From sequence record MK599315.1: 64,000 nt of DNA; one strand, 5' to 3'. The notes beneath the pieces are model-generated. The model saw only the letters and a list, made by a program, of their open reading frames with translations. It was not told the origin of the DNA and made no database searches. How positions within the stretch are numbered: the first letter of the stretch is position 1; every line of letters starts with the position of its first letter. Below are positions 62,868 to 64,000 of the stretch, piece by piece. Position numbers and translations under genes: made by a program.

Positions 62868-62891
62868 AGCCCGGCGTTAGCTGGGCTTTAT
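62868..62891 (+). terminator. Intrinsic terminator
   Basis: AGCCCGGC-GTTA-GCTGGGCT-TTAT. Confidence 0.7.
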
Positions 62892-62909
62892 ATCGATTAG
62901 GGTATTCCG

Positions 62910-63377
62910 ATGTCAGCAAAAAATAAAATCAACATAGATCTATACGAAGTGTATCTCCGCTTCATTTATTTGAATCAGGCGATAAAACTTCCACGTACTG
63001 AATTCGAGCAATTCAAAAAAGAGTTTGTCAGAAAGGTACGCTATTTTTATAAAAACGTAACCAGAGCTCCTCTCATCTGGAACAATAGTCATTATCTCGT
63101 TCAACTTTACAGAGTAATGGTTGAAGAAGATAAAGAAGCTATTCAAAAAGAAATTCAAACCGAACTCGATTGGCTGTTCGATATTTGTCGTATTTGGATC
63201 GACTCTCCTAATTGGAATGGAGTCGGTGTAGATGAGTATGTTTACCGAACAGATCTATTCCATATCGAATCTTATTACAGATGGGTTTGGAATAGAAGGG
63301 CAGAAATTGTTTATCCTCCCTTCTCAGAAATCAAAGAAATCTACATCGCCATCGAAAAAGAACTTGAAGGAAAATAA
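62910..63377 (+). CDS. Hypothetical helical protein
   Basis: AGGG SD after a terminator. Confidence 0.7.
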   Translation: MSAKNKINIDLYEVYLRFIYLNQAIKLPRTEFEQFKKEFVRKVRYFYKNVTRAPLIWNNSHYLVQLYRVMVEEDKEAIQKEIQTELDWLFDICRIWIDSPNWNGVGVDEYVYRTDLFHIESYYRWVWNRRAEIVYPPFSEIKEIYIAIEKELEGK

Positions 63378-63378
63378 A

Positions 63379-63939
63379 ATGCAATCCAACAGTATCCGTA
63401 ATCAAATCCTCGTTATGACCGATGACCCTGCTACCAGCCTGGCTATTCGCAATGTGCTTTCTAATGGGTTGACATCTCTTGGTCTTAACCACGAAGTAAT
63501 GCACACCGGTCGTGAAGACTATGATAATCTTGATCCTGCTGTAATCTTGAGTAAGTTCAAAGAAGATGATTATCATCTAACTGTCAGTGAGCACGCTATT
63601 CATCCATGTGGCACTAAGGTGTCCCCACCTGTGAACAATGCGATCAACCCGCTCTGGAGTAAAGAACTCCGAATCTCCGTGCTGGGCGGTACCCATCGCG
63701 GTAAGTCGATCCTGTGTCAAGTGATTTACCACATTCTGGTACAACACCTGAAACTGATTGATGCTAACAAGTTCACTCTGCGTGATATCGACGGTCCTCG
63801 TTTCGCTTTCGAGAGTCCTCTTGATACAGAGCATTGGCCTGCGGCAGCTGAAGCTATTAGTCGTTGGGGTATCGATCTGCGTTCGGTGTTCCTGGAATCT
63901 ACCCAGAGTCTCGATCCGATCCTGCGTCGGTCCATCTGA
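63379..63939 (+). CDS. Hypothetical protein with a P-loop-like motif
   Basis: VLGGTHRGKS in the second half; AAGGA SD; followed by a terminator. Confidence 0.65.
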   Translation: MQSNSIRNQILVMTDDPATSLAIRNVLSNGLTSLGLNHEVMHTGREDYDNLDPAVILSKFKEDDYHLTVSEHAIHPCGTKVSPPVNNAINPLWSKELRISVLGGTHRGKSILCQVIYHILVQHLKLIDANKFTLRDIDGPRFAFESPLDTEHWPAAAEAISRWGIDLRSVFLESTQSLDPILRRSI

Positions 63940-63944
63940 ATCAC

Positions 63945-63980
63945 GGGGAGCTTCGACTCCCCTTGTTCTTTATTTTTTTG
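63945..63980 (+). terminator. Intrinsic terminator
   Basis: GGGGAG-CTTCGA-CTCCCC followed by a T tract. Confidence 0.7.
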
Positions 63981-64000
63981 TATTTAAACGTTTTAAAAAC

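Overview
This 64 kb window is from a phiKZ-like jumbo phage (Chimalliviridae-type; a Pseudomonas-like host is inferred, not shown). Gene order follows the phiKZ gp178-gp235 region as I recall it: virion RNA polymerase beta and beta' halves, a gp181-like tail protein with a lytic transglycosylase domain, a gp182-like protein, thymidylate kinase, a minus-strand late block (tail fibre, SNF2 helicase, four paralogous virion proteins), then long plus-strand early/middle operons. Those operons encode an AAA ATPase, a QueC-like protein, a SLOG protein, dCTP deaminase, NAD-dependent ligase, SspB, a macrodomain protein, ThyA, an RlaP-like nucleotidyltransferase, RtcB, a PRS-like + NAMPT-like pair (NARP1 architecture) and an Rnl2-type RNA ligase. 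Main observations: (1) a Tad1-like signal sponge fused to an acidic N-terminal extension with phiKZ-type S/A/G-X-E head-protease sites, possibly virion-delivered; (2) an island of NAD+, ADP-ribose and RNA repair enzymes; (3) a class 3 (Ala1, WCT) LAGLIDADG intein in the helicase Walker A motif; (4) a structured ~125 nt intergenic ncRNA candidate; (5) an orphan QueC-like enzyme; (6) at least four genes broken by a -1 frameshift, each repairable by one base and most likely sequencing deletions. Five copies of an early-promoter motif and about 20 terminator hairpins are visible. I saw no tRNA, rRNA or CRISPR array. All family assignments come from motif recognition by eye; no database search was run.
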